Source: Dehalococcoidia bacterium (GTDB lineage Bacteria; Chloroflexota; Dehalococcoidia; Lucifugimonadales; UBA1127). Taken from it: DNA of 64,000 nt. The notes beneath the pieces are model-generated. The model did no database searches. It had not been told where the DNA came from and saw nothing but the letters and a program-made list of their open reading frames with translations. The stretch is from positions 962,126 to 1,026,125 of the forward strand of contig OZ244559.1 of NCBI GenBank assembly GCA_965217675.1. The letters are read 5' to 3'. This document shows, one piece after another, positions 39,346-48,230 of this stretch (position 1 is its first letter; each line of letters begins with the position of its first letter). Made by a program: the position numbers and the translations under genes.

Positions 39346-40323
39346 CTAGGTGTCTAGGGTGCTGGCGGCCATCCAGTCCTCCAACGAGAGCCGCTGGCTG
39401 GTGAGGCCCTGTTCAGCGTTGTACGTCAGGAACGTGTCGATTGTGCCCATGTCGTCCTTGACGCCGTAGACCCACGGGTCGCCCCACACCTTCTCTTGCT
39501 CGACCACCGCCTCCCGCTGGTACATGAGAGAAAAGCCCGCGCGGTCGTTCACGGCGTCGATGTAGGCGAGCCGCTTGGCCTCAACGAAGGCGTCGTACAC
39601 GCGGAGGGCCAACTCGGGGTCCTCACGGTCCAGCTTGCGGCTCATCACCATCTGGTGCATGGGCGCGTGGATGCGCATCTCCTTCCACAGGGCCATGTCC
39701 TCATCCTGGTAGTTGGGGAAGACGCGCTTCACCAGGGGGCTCTCCTCCAGCATCGCGAAGGCGGCCCCGTCCGAGATGTCCGTGATGATGGCGTCGACCT
39801 CCCCCTCCATGAGTCGGTCCAGAGGGCCAACGGGCGCCTGGCCGTCAGTCGCCTCGAGGGAAGGCAAGACAGAGGGGCGGGCCACGTGCAGCGGGAAGAC
39901 GCGCCGGCTGTTGGTGACCACCCACCGGAGCGTCGAGATGTCGACGCCGTGCCGGTGTTGCAGCAGCCCCGCCGTCCACACGGTGATCGATGTCGGATAC
40001 GACCCCGATCCGATGCGCTTGCCCTCAAGGTCCTTAGGCGTCTCGATTCCGGCGTCGGCACGGCAGAAGATGAAGGTGTGGACCGGCTTGCGTTTGACCA
40101 TTAGCGGCAGGCCGACGATCTCCCACCCGGCCTCGATTGCAGGCAGCACGTAGCCAAGGTTCAGGTCCCACAGGCCGAAGTCGCCGGACTGCAGGGCGGG
40201 GACTTCGTTGAAGACCATGGACCCTGTTCCCGTCGGTACGAGATCAACACCGGGAATTTGGACGCGGCCGTCGAGCAGGGGCATGGTGATGTCGTAGCGC
40301 ATGGTTGAAATTGGTAGCTGCAT
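39346..40323 (-). CDS. 4,5-dihydroxyphthalate decarboxylase-like / periplasmic-binding-fold protein
   Basis: YDITMPLLDGRV.IPG, TPKDL.GKRIG, W..G.L...GVD, DPWVYG. Confidence 0.7.
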   Translation of the reverse strand: MQLPISTMRYDITMPLLDGRVQIPGVDLVPTGTGSMVFNEVPALQSGDFGLWDLNLGYVLPAIEAGWEIVGLPLMVKRKPVHTFIFCRADAGIETPKDLEGKRIGSGSYPTSITVWTAGLLQHRHGVDISTLRWVVTNSRRVFPLHVARPSVLPSLEATDGQAPVGPLDRLMEGEVDAIITDISDGAAFAMLEESPLVKRVFPNYQDEDMALWKEMRIHAPMHQMVMSRKLDREDPELALRVYDAFVEAKRLAYIDAVNDRAGFSLMYQREAVVEQEKVWGDPWVYGVKDDMGTIDTFLTYNAEQGLTSQRLSLEDWMAASTLDT

Positions 40324-40365
40324 GGTTCACCTCCCAGGCGTTGTATCTTTGAGCGTGCTGAGTCG

Positions 40366-40992
40366 CTAGGCCGGCCGGACCTTCACTGTGCCGTCCCACT
40401 CGCTGAGCGGGGCGCAGTGCCACCACCAGTTGGGCGCCTGCCGCTCCTTTGCACCGAGGGGCGCGCGGCCGACGGCATAGAGCAGCGCCTCCCATGGGTC
40501 GCCCTCGTCCTGCACCCACGGGAAGAGCCGGGCGAGCGCCTTGGCTGGGATCTCGGGCGGCGGCTCGAAGTCGAGTCCCAGCCCCTGCGCGATGTCCGAA
40601 GCGTGCACCAGCGTCTCGGTGCAGGCCATGGCCGCGAATCCGTGTCGGTCGGCGAGCCCCGCTGGGTGGAAGCCGCGCGCGTCCTCCGGCATCGAGCGGA
40701 GCACGGCGGCGAGCACGGTGGCCAGCGCCCGGTGGAGCGTCACCAGCTCGGCTACCGACTGGTCGGGGTTGTTGGTGCGCGCGCCCGGCAGCCGGCTGCG
40801 CGACTCGTTGGCCGCGTTGGAGGCCAGGAAGATCTGGACGGTGGTGACGTGCTCCAGCGTCTGGCGGCAGTCCCAGTCCAGGTCACCGGCGATGACGGAC
40901 CAGTCGAGGCTCGCCAGCGTCGCGAAGAGTTGGTAGGCGATTTCGGCGGCGACTACGACGTCGTCCGGGCCGGGTTCGTGCAGGTCTTCCAT
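40366..40992 (-). CDS. MDMPI_N/DinB-superfamily protein, paralog 1
   Basis: DLDWDCRQTLEHV, ETLVHASDIAQGLG, ARLFPW. Confidence 0.75.
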   Translation of the reverse strand: MEDLHEPGPDDVVVAAEIAYQLFATLASLDWSVIAGDLDWDCRQTLEHVTTVQIFLASNAANESRSRLPGARTNNPDQSVAELVTLHRALATVLAAVLRSMPEDARGFHPAGLADRHGFAAMACTETLVHASDIAQGLGLDFEPPPEIPAKALARLFPWVQDEGDPWEALLYAVGRAPLGAKERQAPNWWWHCAPLSEWDGTVKVRPA

Positions 40993-41071
40993 GGAGAAGC
41001 GTTCCTCCTCGGTGTGCGGGTCGCGGCTATAGTATCACGGGGGCAACGCCGTGCAAGAGGGGCGTCCACAG

Positions 41072-41698
41072 CTAGCCCTGGCGGACCCTGACGTCACCCT
41101 TCCACTCGCTCAGGGGCGCGCATTGCCATGACCAGTTTGGGGCCCGCCGCTCATTGCCGCCCAGGTTCCGCCGTCCCGCGGCGTAGAGCAGCGTCTGCCA
41201 CGGGTCGCCCTCGTCCTGCACCCACGGGAAGAGGCGTGCCAGCGACTTCGCGGCGATGTCCTCAGGCGGCGTGAAGTCGACGCCGAGACCGCGCGCGATG
41301 TCCCACGTGTGCACGAGCGATTCTGTGCAGGCCATCGCGGCGAAGCCGTAGCGGTCGGCGAGCCCGGCGGGGTGAAAGCCCCGCGCGTCCTCCGGCATGG
41401 CGCGCAGCACCGCGGAGAGGACGTTGCTCAATGCGAGGTGGACCTGGACCAACTCGCCTATAGACTGGCTCGGATTGTTGATGCGGGCAGTTGGCAGGCG
41501 GCGCTGCGACGGATCGGCGGCGTGAGTGGCATAGAACAGCTGCACGAAGGCGACGTGCTCCAGGGTCTGGCGGCAGTCCCACTCGAGATCGCCGGCAATG
41601 ACGGACCAGTCTATGTTCGCAAGCGGGGACAGGAGGGCGTAGGAGGCCTCCGCGGCGGCTACAACTTCGTCCGGACCGGGTTCGCGCAGGTCATCCAT
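41072..41698 (-). CDS. MDMPI_N/DinB-superfamily protein, paralog 2
   Basis: DLEWDCRQTLEHV, ESLVHTWDIARGLG; same length (208 aa) as paralog 1. Confidence 0.75.
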   Translation of the reverse strand: MDDLREPGPDEVVAAAEASYALLSPLANIDWSVIAGDLEWDCRQTLEHVAFVQLFYATHAADPSQRRLPTARINNPSQSIGELVQVHLALSNVLSAVLRAMPEDARGFHPAGLADRYGFAAMACTESLVHTWDIARGLGVDFTPPEDIAAKSLARLFPWVQDEGDPWQTLLYAAGRRNLGGNERRAPNWSWQCAPLSEWKGDVRVRQG

Positions 41699-41838
41699 GG
41701 CGTCGCGCTCCTTCTCAGTGTGTGGGTCGCGGCTATCGTATCACGGGAGAGAGGGAACGCGAGTGGAGGGTACTCGTCGTTGACGGGTCATGGGCTCGCC
41801 CTTACGCTGGCTGAGCAAACCAAAACGGGAGATAACGT

Positions 41839-42168
41839 ATGACGAGGGCAGTCTATCAAGTGCGCCTCATTGTGAAGCCGGAGTTCGAGGAAGAGTTCAA
41901 TGCCTGGTACGAAGGCTGGTATATCCCCAAGCTCATGGCGGAGGTGCCGCACTTCTTCTCCTGCCATCGCTACGTGGGGGAGTTCGACGGACAAAACATT
42001 TACATAACCGACTATGAAACAACCGTCGAGGACATGGACACGGCCATCGCCGAGATGCGAGTGCCGGAGCGCGCCCCCGTGAACGCCCTGTTCTACGAGT
42101 GGCGCGACAAGGCGATCACGCTCCACGAGTCCATCCGCTTCACGGAGCGCGTCGCGGTGGAGCGCTAG
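41839..42168 (+). CDS. Dimeric alpha-beta barrel protein (EthD/DUF4286-like)
   Basis: FEEEFNAWY...YIPKLMAEVPHF; GGAG RBS. Confidence 0.6.
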   Translation: MTRAVYQVRLIVKPEFEEEFNAWYEGWYIPKLMAEVPHFFSCHRYVGEFDGQNIYITDYETTVEDMDTAIAEMRVPERAPVNALFYEWRDKAITLHESIRFTERVAVER

Positions 42169-42169
42169 T

Positions 42170-42709
42170 ATGGCGTCGATCGAGGAACGGCTGCAGCAAC
42201 TGGAAGACCGACAGGCCATTCGCGACCTGGTCGCCGAGTACTGCCGCGCCATTGACGATCGCGACCTCGAGGCGTTCGTGGGGAACTACACGGACGACTG
42301 CGTCCATCGCCAGCGGGACGGTTCCCTGCACCTTGAAGGCAGGGCCGCGCTGCGGAAGCATTATGCTGCACGATTCTTGCAGTACGGAGTCACCCTCCAC
42401 ACACCGCACGCCCACGTTATCGCCTTCGACGGACCGGACAGTGCCCACGGCTGGGTGAGCGGCCATGCCGAGATGGGGCTGCAGGGCGAGGGCTGGCTTG
42501 CCGCCTTCCGCTACGCCGACGAGTACCGCCGCCAGGACGGCGTGTGGCGGTTCGCCAAGCGTGAGCTGAACACCTACTACTACCTGCGCATGGCGGACCT
42601 CGCGACGGGCCTGGGTGGGACAATGCGAAGGCACTACCAGGGCGAGCTACGGACCGCGGACCTCCCGGAAGAGCTGGACACGTACAAGCGCCTGCACGGA
42701 CTGGGGTGA
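42170..42709 (+). CDS. SnoaL/NTF2-like protein
   Basis: RLQQLEDRQAIRDLVAEYCRAID, YADEYRRQDGVWRFAKR. Confidence 0.85.
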   Translation: MASIEERLQQLEDRQAIRDLVAEYCRAIDDRDLEAFVGNYTDDCVHRQRDGSLHLEGRAALRKHYAARFLQYGVTLHTPHAHVIAFDGPDSAHGWVSGHAEMGLQGEGWLAAFRYADEYRRQDGVWRFAKRELNTYYYLRMADLATGLGGTMRRHYQGELRTADLPEELDTYKRLHGLG

Positions 42710-42763
42710 GGCGCACGCCGCCGGTGGCTTTCGAGGCCTTGCACGAAACGAGGAGGACGATCA

Positions 42764-43171
42764 ATGTCTACCCAGGGCTCTGAGGACTCAGTCCCCATCA
42801 GCGAAAAAGTCCGCTTCTGGGAAGAGCAGGACAAAATAAACAAAGTGCTCATCCCCCGCGTCATTCGCCAGCACGAACTGCTCACGCGCCACATTGGCAA
42901 GCACGAGTCCCTGCCCGAGGTGGTCGCAAACGCTGTCCATAACGCGGTATCCGCAGTACGCGAAGAGCAAAAGCGTGAGTTTGATGCGGAGGTCACTCGC
43001 ATCGCAGCCGCGATGGACGCGCGGGTAGAGGCCGTCATTCAGAAGGCAGCGGTGGAAGCGGAGCGAAAGGCACAAGGAACGCGCAGATTCTTGGTTGGCC
43101 TCACCTTTGGGTCTATTGCAATTGCCGTGGCTGCACTAGTAATAAGTGCCTTCACCTTTGTGGGGAGGTAG
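42764..43171 (+). CDS. Hypothetical helical protein with C-terminal TM anchor
   Basis: 135 aa; helical charged core, hydrophobic C-terminus FLVGLTFGSIAIAVAALVISAF. Confidence 0.7.
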   Translation: MSTQGSEDSVPISEKVRFWEEQDKINKVLIPRVIRQHELLTRHIGKHESLPEVVANAVHNAVSAVREEQKREFDAEVTRIAAAMDARVEAVIQKAAVEAERKAQGTRRFLVGLTFGSIAIAVAALVISAFTFVGR

Positions 43172-43181
43172 AACTGCCCCG

Positions 43182-44339
43182 ATGGAATCCATAGGGATGG
43201 TCGAAGAGCTGCAAGAATTGCCGGGCCAGTCTTTTGCGGAGCATCAGTCGGCAGAGGAAATTGCGGCGCAACTAATGGAAATGGACCCTGCCTTGTATGC
43301 GACAGAAACCATGTCGGAATCCTCCCAGGCCCTGCTGTCCGTATTTTCGGGAGGTGAAGTGGATTACAAGGTCCAACTTGCATACGAGATGGCATATCCC
43401 GAACAGGCCGCCGAACACTCGCTGCAAGAACATGCGCTGCTTCTTGAAACTCAAAACGAAGGTTCCTCAGCAGGCCTGTTTAACGGTCTTAAAGGGAAGA
43501 TGGCGGAACTGGATGCCAAGGAGTTCCTGGAAGAGCGAGGATTTCAGGACGTGGAAATATCCCCGGACCCTACCCAGCCCGTATGGGACATTTCCGCAAT
43601 CGCCGAGAACGGTGAACAAGTCCTCATCCAAGTGAAGACCGGTGCGGCGTCTTACGCCAGCGACGTCGTAGACGCCATGGAAGCCAGCCCCGACGTTTCG
43701 TTTCTGGTGAATACGGAACTCTACAATTGGATCTCGGAACACCGTCCGGACTTGCTTGGTCAGGTGGACAACTTTGAGGCTGGCTCTACCGCCTCCTTCC
43801 AACAAGTTGAAGGTGTTGAAGACGGCTTGAACACCTTGAGTGACAACATGGGCATTGACGTTCCCGACGGGGTGACAGACCTCCTCCCGTACGTGGGCGC
43901 CATCGTCGCCGGTGCACGCCTCATTTACAGCGTCGTAAGCACGGAGCGGAACTTTGAGGACGCTGACCGCACCACGAAGAACAAGATTCAGGTCGTACAG
44001 ACTCTCACGTTGATGTCGCGAATGGGTGTCTCGGCAGTGTTGGCAATTACAGGAGGGCAAGCTGGTGGGGCTGCGGGAGGCCTCATCGGGAGCGTAGTTC
44101 CCGGCGTCGGAAATGCGGCTGGAGGTATAGGCGGTGGCATAGGCGGCAGCATCGCCGGCGCCGGCATGGGTATTTTGCTCAACCGCCGCCTGCAGCCCCA
44201 AATTCTCGACTTGGCCCTCGACATAACGGGACTCACGAACGATGACTTGTTCTACTACAAGAACAAGCAGCGCGTAGACGACATAGGAGATTCAATCCAA
44301 AGCTCCGCATTCGCACTGTCAGCCCTGTCTGCTCTTTAG
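43182..44339 (+). CDS. Hypothetical protein with D-QxK nuclease-like motif and C-terminal glycine zipper
   Basis: KGKMAE...VWDI...IQVK; GGQAGGAAGGLIG...GGIGGGIGGSIAG; ATG 11 nt after upstream stop. Confidence 0.7.
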   Translation: MESIGMVEELQELPGQSFAEHQSAEEIAAQLMEMDPALYATETMSESSQALLSVFSGGEVDYKVQLAYEMAYPEQAAEHSLQEHALLLETQNEGSSAGLFNGLKGKMAELDAKEFLEERGFQDVEISPDPTQPVWDISAIAENGEQVLIQVKTGAASYASDVVDAMEASPDVSFLVNTELYNWISEHRPDLLGQVDNFEAGSTASFQQVEGVEDGLNTLSDNMGIDVPDGVTDLLPYVGAIVAGARLIYSVVSTERNFEDADRTTKNKIQVVQTLTLMSRMGVSAVLAITGGQAGGAAGGLIGSVVPGVGNAAGGIGGGIGGSIAGAGMGILLNRRLQPQILDLALDITGLTNDDLFYYKNKQRVDDIGDSIQSSAFALSALSAL

Positions 44340-44576
44340 AGCCGGGGTGTTCAGTTCTCCGGTTAGGATTAAGACAAACGTACCGTTAGAGTCCAATCTC
44401 GCAATATAAGCCAATTGAATGGTGTGAGAAGCAAGCGCCGTTCTTTACCTGCAATACTGCCCCGTCAACTCAAAGTTATGCTATAACAGAAGGGCCGCGA
44501 TGTTGCGCCCTGCCGTCGTGCGGCCTTGGGCGGCGCGGACACGTACAGAGTACATTCACAAAGGAGTGAAGGAACA

Positions 44577-45728
44577 ATGGCAACACAGTTTCGAGCGGAC
44601 CACGTGGGCAGCTTCCTCCGGCCTGCCGAGGTGAAGGAGGCCCGCCAGGCGTTCGTCGCGGGGCAGATCTCCGAGGACGCCCTGCGGAAGGTGGAGGACG
44701 AGCACATCCTGGGCGTGATCGAGCTGCAGAAGCAGTCGGGCATCGGCATCTACACGGACGGCGAGATTCGCCGCAGTGGATGGGCCGGTGGCTTCGGCGA
44801 GTCCGTAGAGGGCTACATCGAGGGCGCTCCCGCCGTCAGCATGCCCTTCCAGGGCGGACGCAGCGACTGGGTTGGCGCCGGAATCACCCCGGACAACCCC
44901 ATAGGCGTTCCCGGCGGTGGCGGCGGTGGCCGTGTCATTGGCGGGGTGCTGACACAGACACGGCGGCTGACGGGGCACGAGTCGGCCTTCATCAAGCAGC
45001 ACGCGCCGGGGCCGTACAAGGTGACGATGCCCGCGGCCAGCTACGTCACGGCGCGCGGCTACAAGCCGGGCGTCACGGACCGGGTCTACGAGTCGAGGGC
45101 GGCCGTGCTGGCCGATGCGGCCGCCATCATCCGCGGCGAGGTCGTGACCCTCATCGAGGAGGGGTGCCCGTACGTTCAGATCGACAACCCCCACTACCCG
45201 GACTACATCCCTGACGACCGGCGCGCCCAGTGGACAGCCCTCGGCGTCGACCAGGACCAGGCGCTGAGCGACGACATCGAGGCGGACAACGCCAGCGTTC
45301 GCGGCGTCGACCGGAGCAACACCATCGTGGCGATGCATCTGTGCCGTGGCAACGGGGCATTCGGCGCCTTCCACACGTCGGGCGGGTACGACCGCATCGC
45401 TGAGCAGCTCTTCAGCCGCCTCGAGGTGGACGCGTGGCTGCTGGAGTACGACAGCGAGCGCGCGGGCGGCTTTGAGCCGCTGCGGTTCATGCCCAAGGGA
45501 GTGACGGTGGTGCTGGGGCTGGTGACGACCAAGGCCGGCGAGATGGAGTCACAGGACCTGCTGCTGAGCCGGATCGAAGAGGCGGCCAAGTACGCGGACA
45601 TGGACGCCCTGGCGTTGAGCCCGCAATGCGGCTTCTCCTCGACGCTGCAGGGGAACCCGCTGCAGTGGGACGACCAGCTTCGGAAGCTGGAGCTCGTGGT
45701 GGAGACGGCCCGCCGCGCCTGGGGCTAG
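44577..45728 (+). CDS. Cobalamin-independent methionine synthase II family protein
   Basis: FRADHVGSFLRP, TDGEIRR, MHLCRGN, LLEYDSERAGGFEPL, LGLVTTK, LSPQCGFSS. Confidence 0.88.
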   Translation: MATQFRADHVGSFLRPAEVKEARQAFVAGQISEDALRKVEDEHILGVIELQKQSGIGIYTDGEIRRSGWAGGFGESVEGYIEGAPAVSMPFQGGRSDWVGAGITPDNPIGVPGGGGGGRVIGGVLTQTRRLTGHESAFIKQHAPGPYKVTMPAASYVTARGYKPGVTDRVYESRAAVLADAAAIIRGEVVTLIEEGCPYVQIDNPHYPDYIPDDRRAQWTALGVDQDQALSDDIEADNASVRGVDRSNTIVAMHLCRGNGAFGAFHTSGGYDRIAEQLFSRLEVDAWLLEYDSERAGGFEPLRFMPKGVTVVLGLVTTKAGEMESQDLLLSRIEEAAKYADMDALALSPQCGFSSTLQGNPLQWDDQLRKLELVVETARRAWG

Positions 45729-45761
45729 GTCCAGACACGGCTTGCTGAGAAGCTACTACAG

Positions 45762-45800
45762 AGTGCCCCGTTCACCCTTTAGGGGCGAACGGGGCACTTT
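45762..45800 (+). terminator. Hairpin terminator
   Basis: agtgccccgttc...gaacggggcact followed by T run; shares GGGCGAACGG with the neighbouring repeat. Confidence 0.7.
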
Positions 45801-45830
45801 GTGCCTAACACTGTCTAGCCTACAAGCATG

Positions 45831-45858
45831 CGCCCTTCGACAAGCTCAGGGCGAACGG
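45831..45858 (-). repeat. CGTTCGCCCTGAG-type dispersed palindromic repeat
   Basis: cgcccttcgacaagctcagggcgaacgg; nearly identical to 51231-51257. Confidence 0.75.
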
Positions 45859-45871
45859 GGTGGCGGCGCGC

Positions 45872-46750
45872 CTACACTTGGTCGGCGGGGCTGGTGAAGC
45901 CGACGCCGGAGCCAGCGTCGCGCGCGTCCCAACGGCCCGCTTCGACTGCGGTCAAGAAGTCGGCGACGGCGCGGTTAAACAGGTCGGGCTCCTCTACGTT
46001 GCAGGCGTGGCCCGTCTGCGGCAGCACCGCGATGCCGCTGCGGGGGATGCGGCGCTTCATGTAGATGGCGGGCTCCAGGCACGGGTCGTCCTCGTCCCCG
46101 AGGATGATCAGTGTTGGCACCTGCATGGCGCGCAGCTCCTCGTCGAGCGTCATGATGGAGCGCCTTCGCGCTTGGTAGCCACGCAGCGTCAGCGCCTTCC
46201 CCTGCGCTGAGTGGTCGGCAAAGAGGTCAGCGAACTCCTGCCATCCTCGGGGGTCCTTCTGCAGGAAGCGGATGCGCGTGGGGCCGCGAAGGTAGCCGCC
46301 CATGGCCGCCGTGCCGCCCGACTCCAGCGTCTCTGCGTAACCGATTGACTGCTTGTTGAACGTCTCGGGGTCGGTGCTGCCCGTTCCCGCGCCCGCGACG
46401 ATGATCGACTTCGCGACATCGGGGTGCGTGAGTCCAAACCAAAGGGCCATGTTGCCGCCCATGGAAAGCCCGGCGACGTGCGCCTGCTCGATGCCGAGAT
46501 ACTGCAAGAGCTGGTGCAGGTCCTCCACCACCTGTTCCTGCGAGTAATCATCCACGTTCGGGGGAACGTCCGACGGCGGGTAGCCGCGGGCGTTGTAGGT
46601 GATGACACGGTACCGGCGCGAGAAGTAGCTTACCTGGGCGCGCCAGCTCTCGTAGCTGCCCGCAAGCTCGTGGGCGAAGACCAGGGGGAAGCCCTGTCCC
46701 GTCTCTTCGTAGTAGAGGCTGACGCCGTTTTGCAGTTGTGCCACCGGCAT
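45872..46750 (-). CDS. Alpha/beta hydrolase
   Basis: LVFAHE, YNARGYPPS, GLSMGG nucleophile elbow, GDEDD, GHACNVEEP. Confidence 0.9.
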   Translation of the reverse strand: MPVAQLQNGVSLYYEETGQGFPLVFAHELAGSYESWRAQVSYFSRRYRVITYNARGYPPSDVPPNVDDYSQEQVVEDLHQLLQYLGIEQAHVAGLSMGGNMALWFGLTHPDVAKSIIVAGAGTGSTDPETFNKQSIGYAETLESGGTAAMGGYLRGPTRIRFLQKDPRGWQEFADLFADHSAQGKALTLRGYQARRRSIMTLDEELRAMQVPTLIILGDEDDPCLEPAIYMKRRIPRSGIAVLPQTGHACNVEEPDLFNRAVADFLTAVEAGRWDARDAGSGVGFTSPADQV

Positions 46751-46931
46751 GGCATTGCTCCAGTCTCGCGCATGTGGGATGCGCGGTTTCATGGTCTCGT
46801 GGGCAGGGGCAACGTAGCTGCCGTGTGGGACGGTGTCAAGGCGGGGCGCCCTCTCGTCGCCCAGTCCGCCCGCCGCATGACGCGTCGGCCCGCGTGGGGT
46901 ATGCTATGGCCAGCTTTACAAGGAGCGGCGA

Positions 46932-48230
46932 GTGTCCTCACCGACGGCCGAGACTGCGCCCCGGTTCTTCTATGGATGGGTAATCGTCTTTGCGGCAGCG
47001 GTGAAAGGCGCATTCAACGTCGGCAGCGCAGTCTTCGCCACCAGCGTATTCCTGGTGCCCATGCAGGACGACCTTGGGTGGAGCCGCACTCTCATCTTCG
47101 GCGCGTTGTCGGTGCGGACTCTCGCCGGCGGGATGCTCAGCCCCATCGTGGGCCCGTGGGGAGACCACCCGTGGGCGCCGCGGGTCGCGCTACCCATCGG
47201 CTCCGTGCTCTTCGGCCTTTCCTTCATGTTCGTCAAGTGGGCGGACACGCCGCTTGAATACTACTTGACCTACGGCGTCCTGGGCGCGTTGGGGCTGGCC
47301 CTGACCAGCAACCCCATCCTCGAAGGCGTGGTGCTCAAGTGGTTCATCCGGCGAAGGGCGCAGGCCATCATGTGGATGCAGGTGGGCCCTCCCACCGGAC
47401 CGATGATCTTCCCGCTTATTCTGACATTTCTCATCACCGCTGTCGGGTGGCGCGATGCCTGGATGTGGTTGGGCATCGCCGCGACGGCAGTCTTCCTGCC
47501 CCTCTCGCTGTTGGTGCGGACGTCGCCTGAGTCGATGGGCCTTCTCCCGGACGGCGACCGCCCCGGCGCGGCGCCCCCGCCCTCGAGCGCAGGCGGGCGT
47601 CGCGGCGTTCCGGGCAACGAGCGCAGCTTCACTCGTGGGGAGGCTATCCGCAGCAAGTCGTTCTGGATGCTGTGCCTCGCGTTGGCGTTAAGCATCGTCG
47701 GCCTGCCGGGGTTCCAGGCGCACTGGGTGCCCTACCTGGTCGACATTGACTTCAGCCGCGAGGTGGCTGCCTCCGCGCTTCTGGTCTTCGGCATCTTCTC
47801 CGTCTCGGCGCGCTTTGTGTGGGGCTACCTCACCGCGCGGCATGACATCCGCAACCTCATGGTCCTGCAGGCGTTCCTGGCCGTGTTGGGCGTGCTCTTC
47901 CTGTTGAGCGTACAGAACACCGTGATGATGTACGCCTGGGCGGTCTACCACGGTCTAACGCTTGCCGTCTTCTTCCAACTGCAGGCGCTCCTTGTGGTCA
48001 CCTACTTCGGCAGGGGCCACATCGGGGCTATCCGAGGCGTCATGTTTCCCTTCATCACGCTGGGTTCCGCCATGGGTCCCATCCTTCTGGGCGCGCTGTA
48101 CGACTGGCAAGGGTCCTACCTGGTGCCCTTTTCTCTGGTCATCGTCATGTGGTTGCTGGCCGCCCTGGTCGTGTTCATGACCCGGCCGCCGAGTCCTGTC
48201 GAAGAACCTGCGACGGAGGCCGCCGCGTGA
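46932..48230 (+). CDS. MFS transporter
   Basis: RFFYGWVIV, about 12 TM segments, WFIRRR motif, GWRDAW. Confidence 0.9.
   Translation: MSSPTAETAPRFFYGWVIVFAAAVKGAFNVGSAVFATSVFLVPMQDDLGWSRTLIFGALSVRTLAGGMLSPIVGPWGDHPWAPRVALPIGSVLFGLSFMFVKWADTPLEYYLTYGVLGALGLALTSNPILEGVVLKWFIRRRAQAIMWMQVGPPTGPMIFPLILTFLITAVGWRDAWMWLGIAATAVFLPLSLLVRTSPESMGLLPDGDRPGAAPPPSSAGGRRGVPGNERSFTRGEAIRSKSFWMLCLALALSIVGLPGFQAHWVPYLVDIDFSREVAASALLVFGIFSVSARFVWGYLTARHDIRNLMVLQAFLAVLGVLFLLSVQNTVMMYAWAVYHGLTLAVFFQLQALLVVTYFGRGHIGAIRGVMFPFITLGSAMGPILLGALYDWQGSYLVPFSLVIVMWLLAALVVFMTRPPSPVEEPATEAAA

Noticed and set aside
44340-44576. Possible SAM or cobalamin riboswitch upstream of the MetE-like gene (also checked upstream of cobO, 59732-59994)
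   Set aside because: No SAM-I core or B12-box consensus could be recognised.
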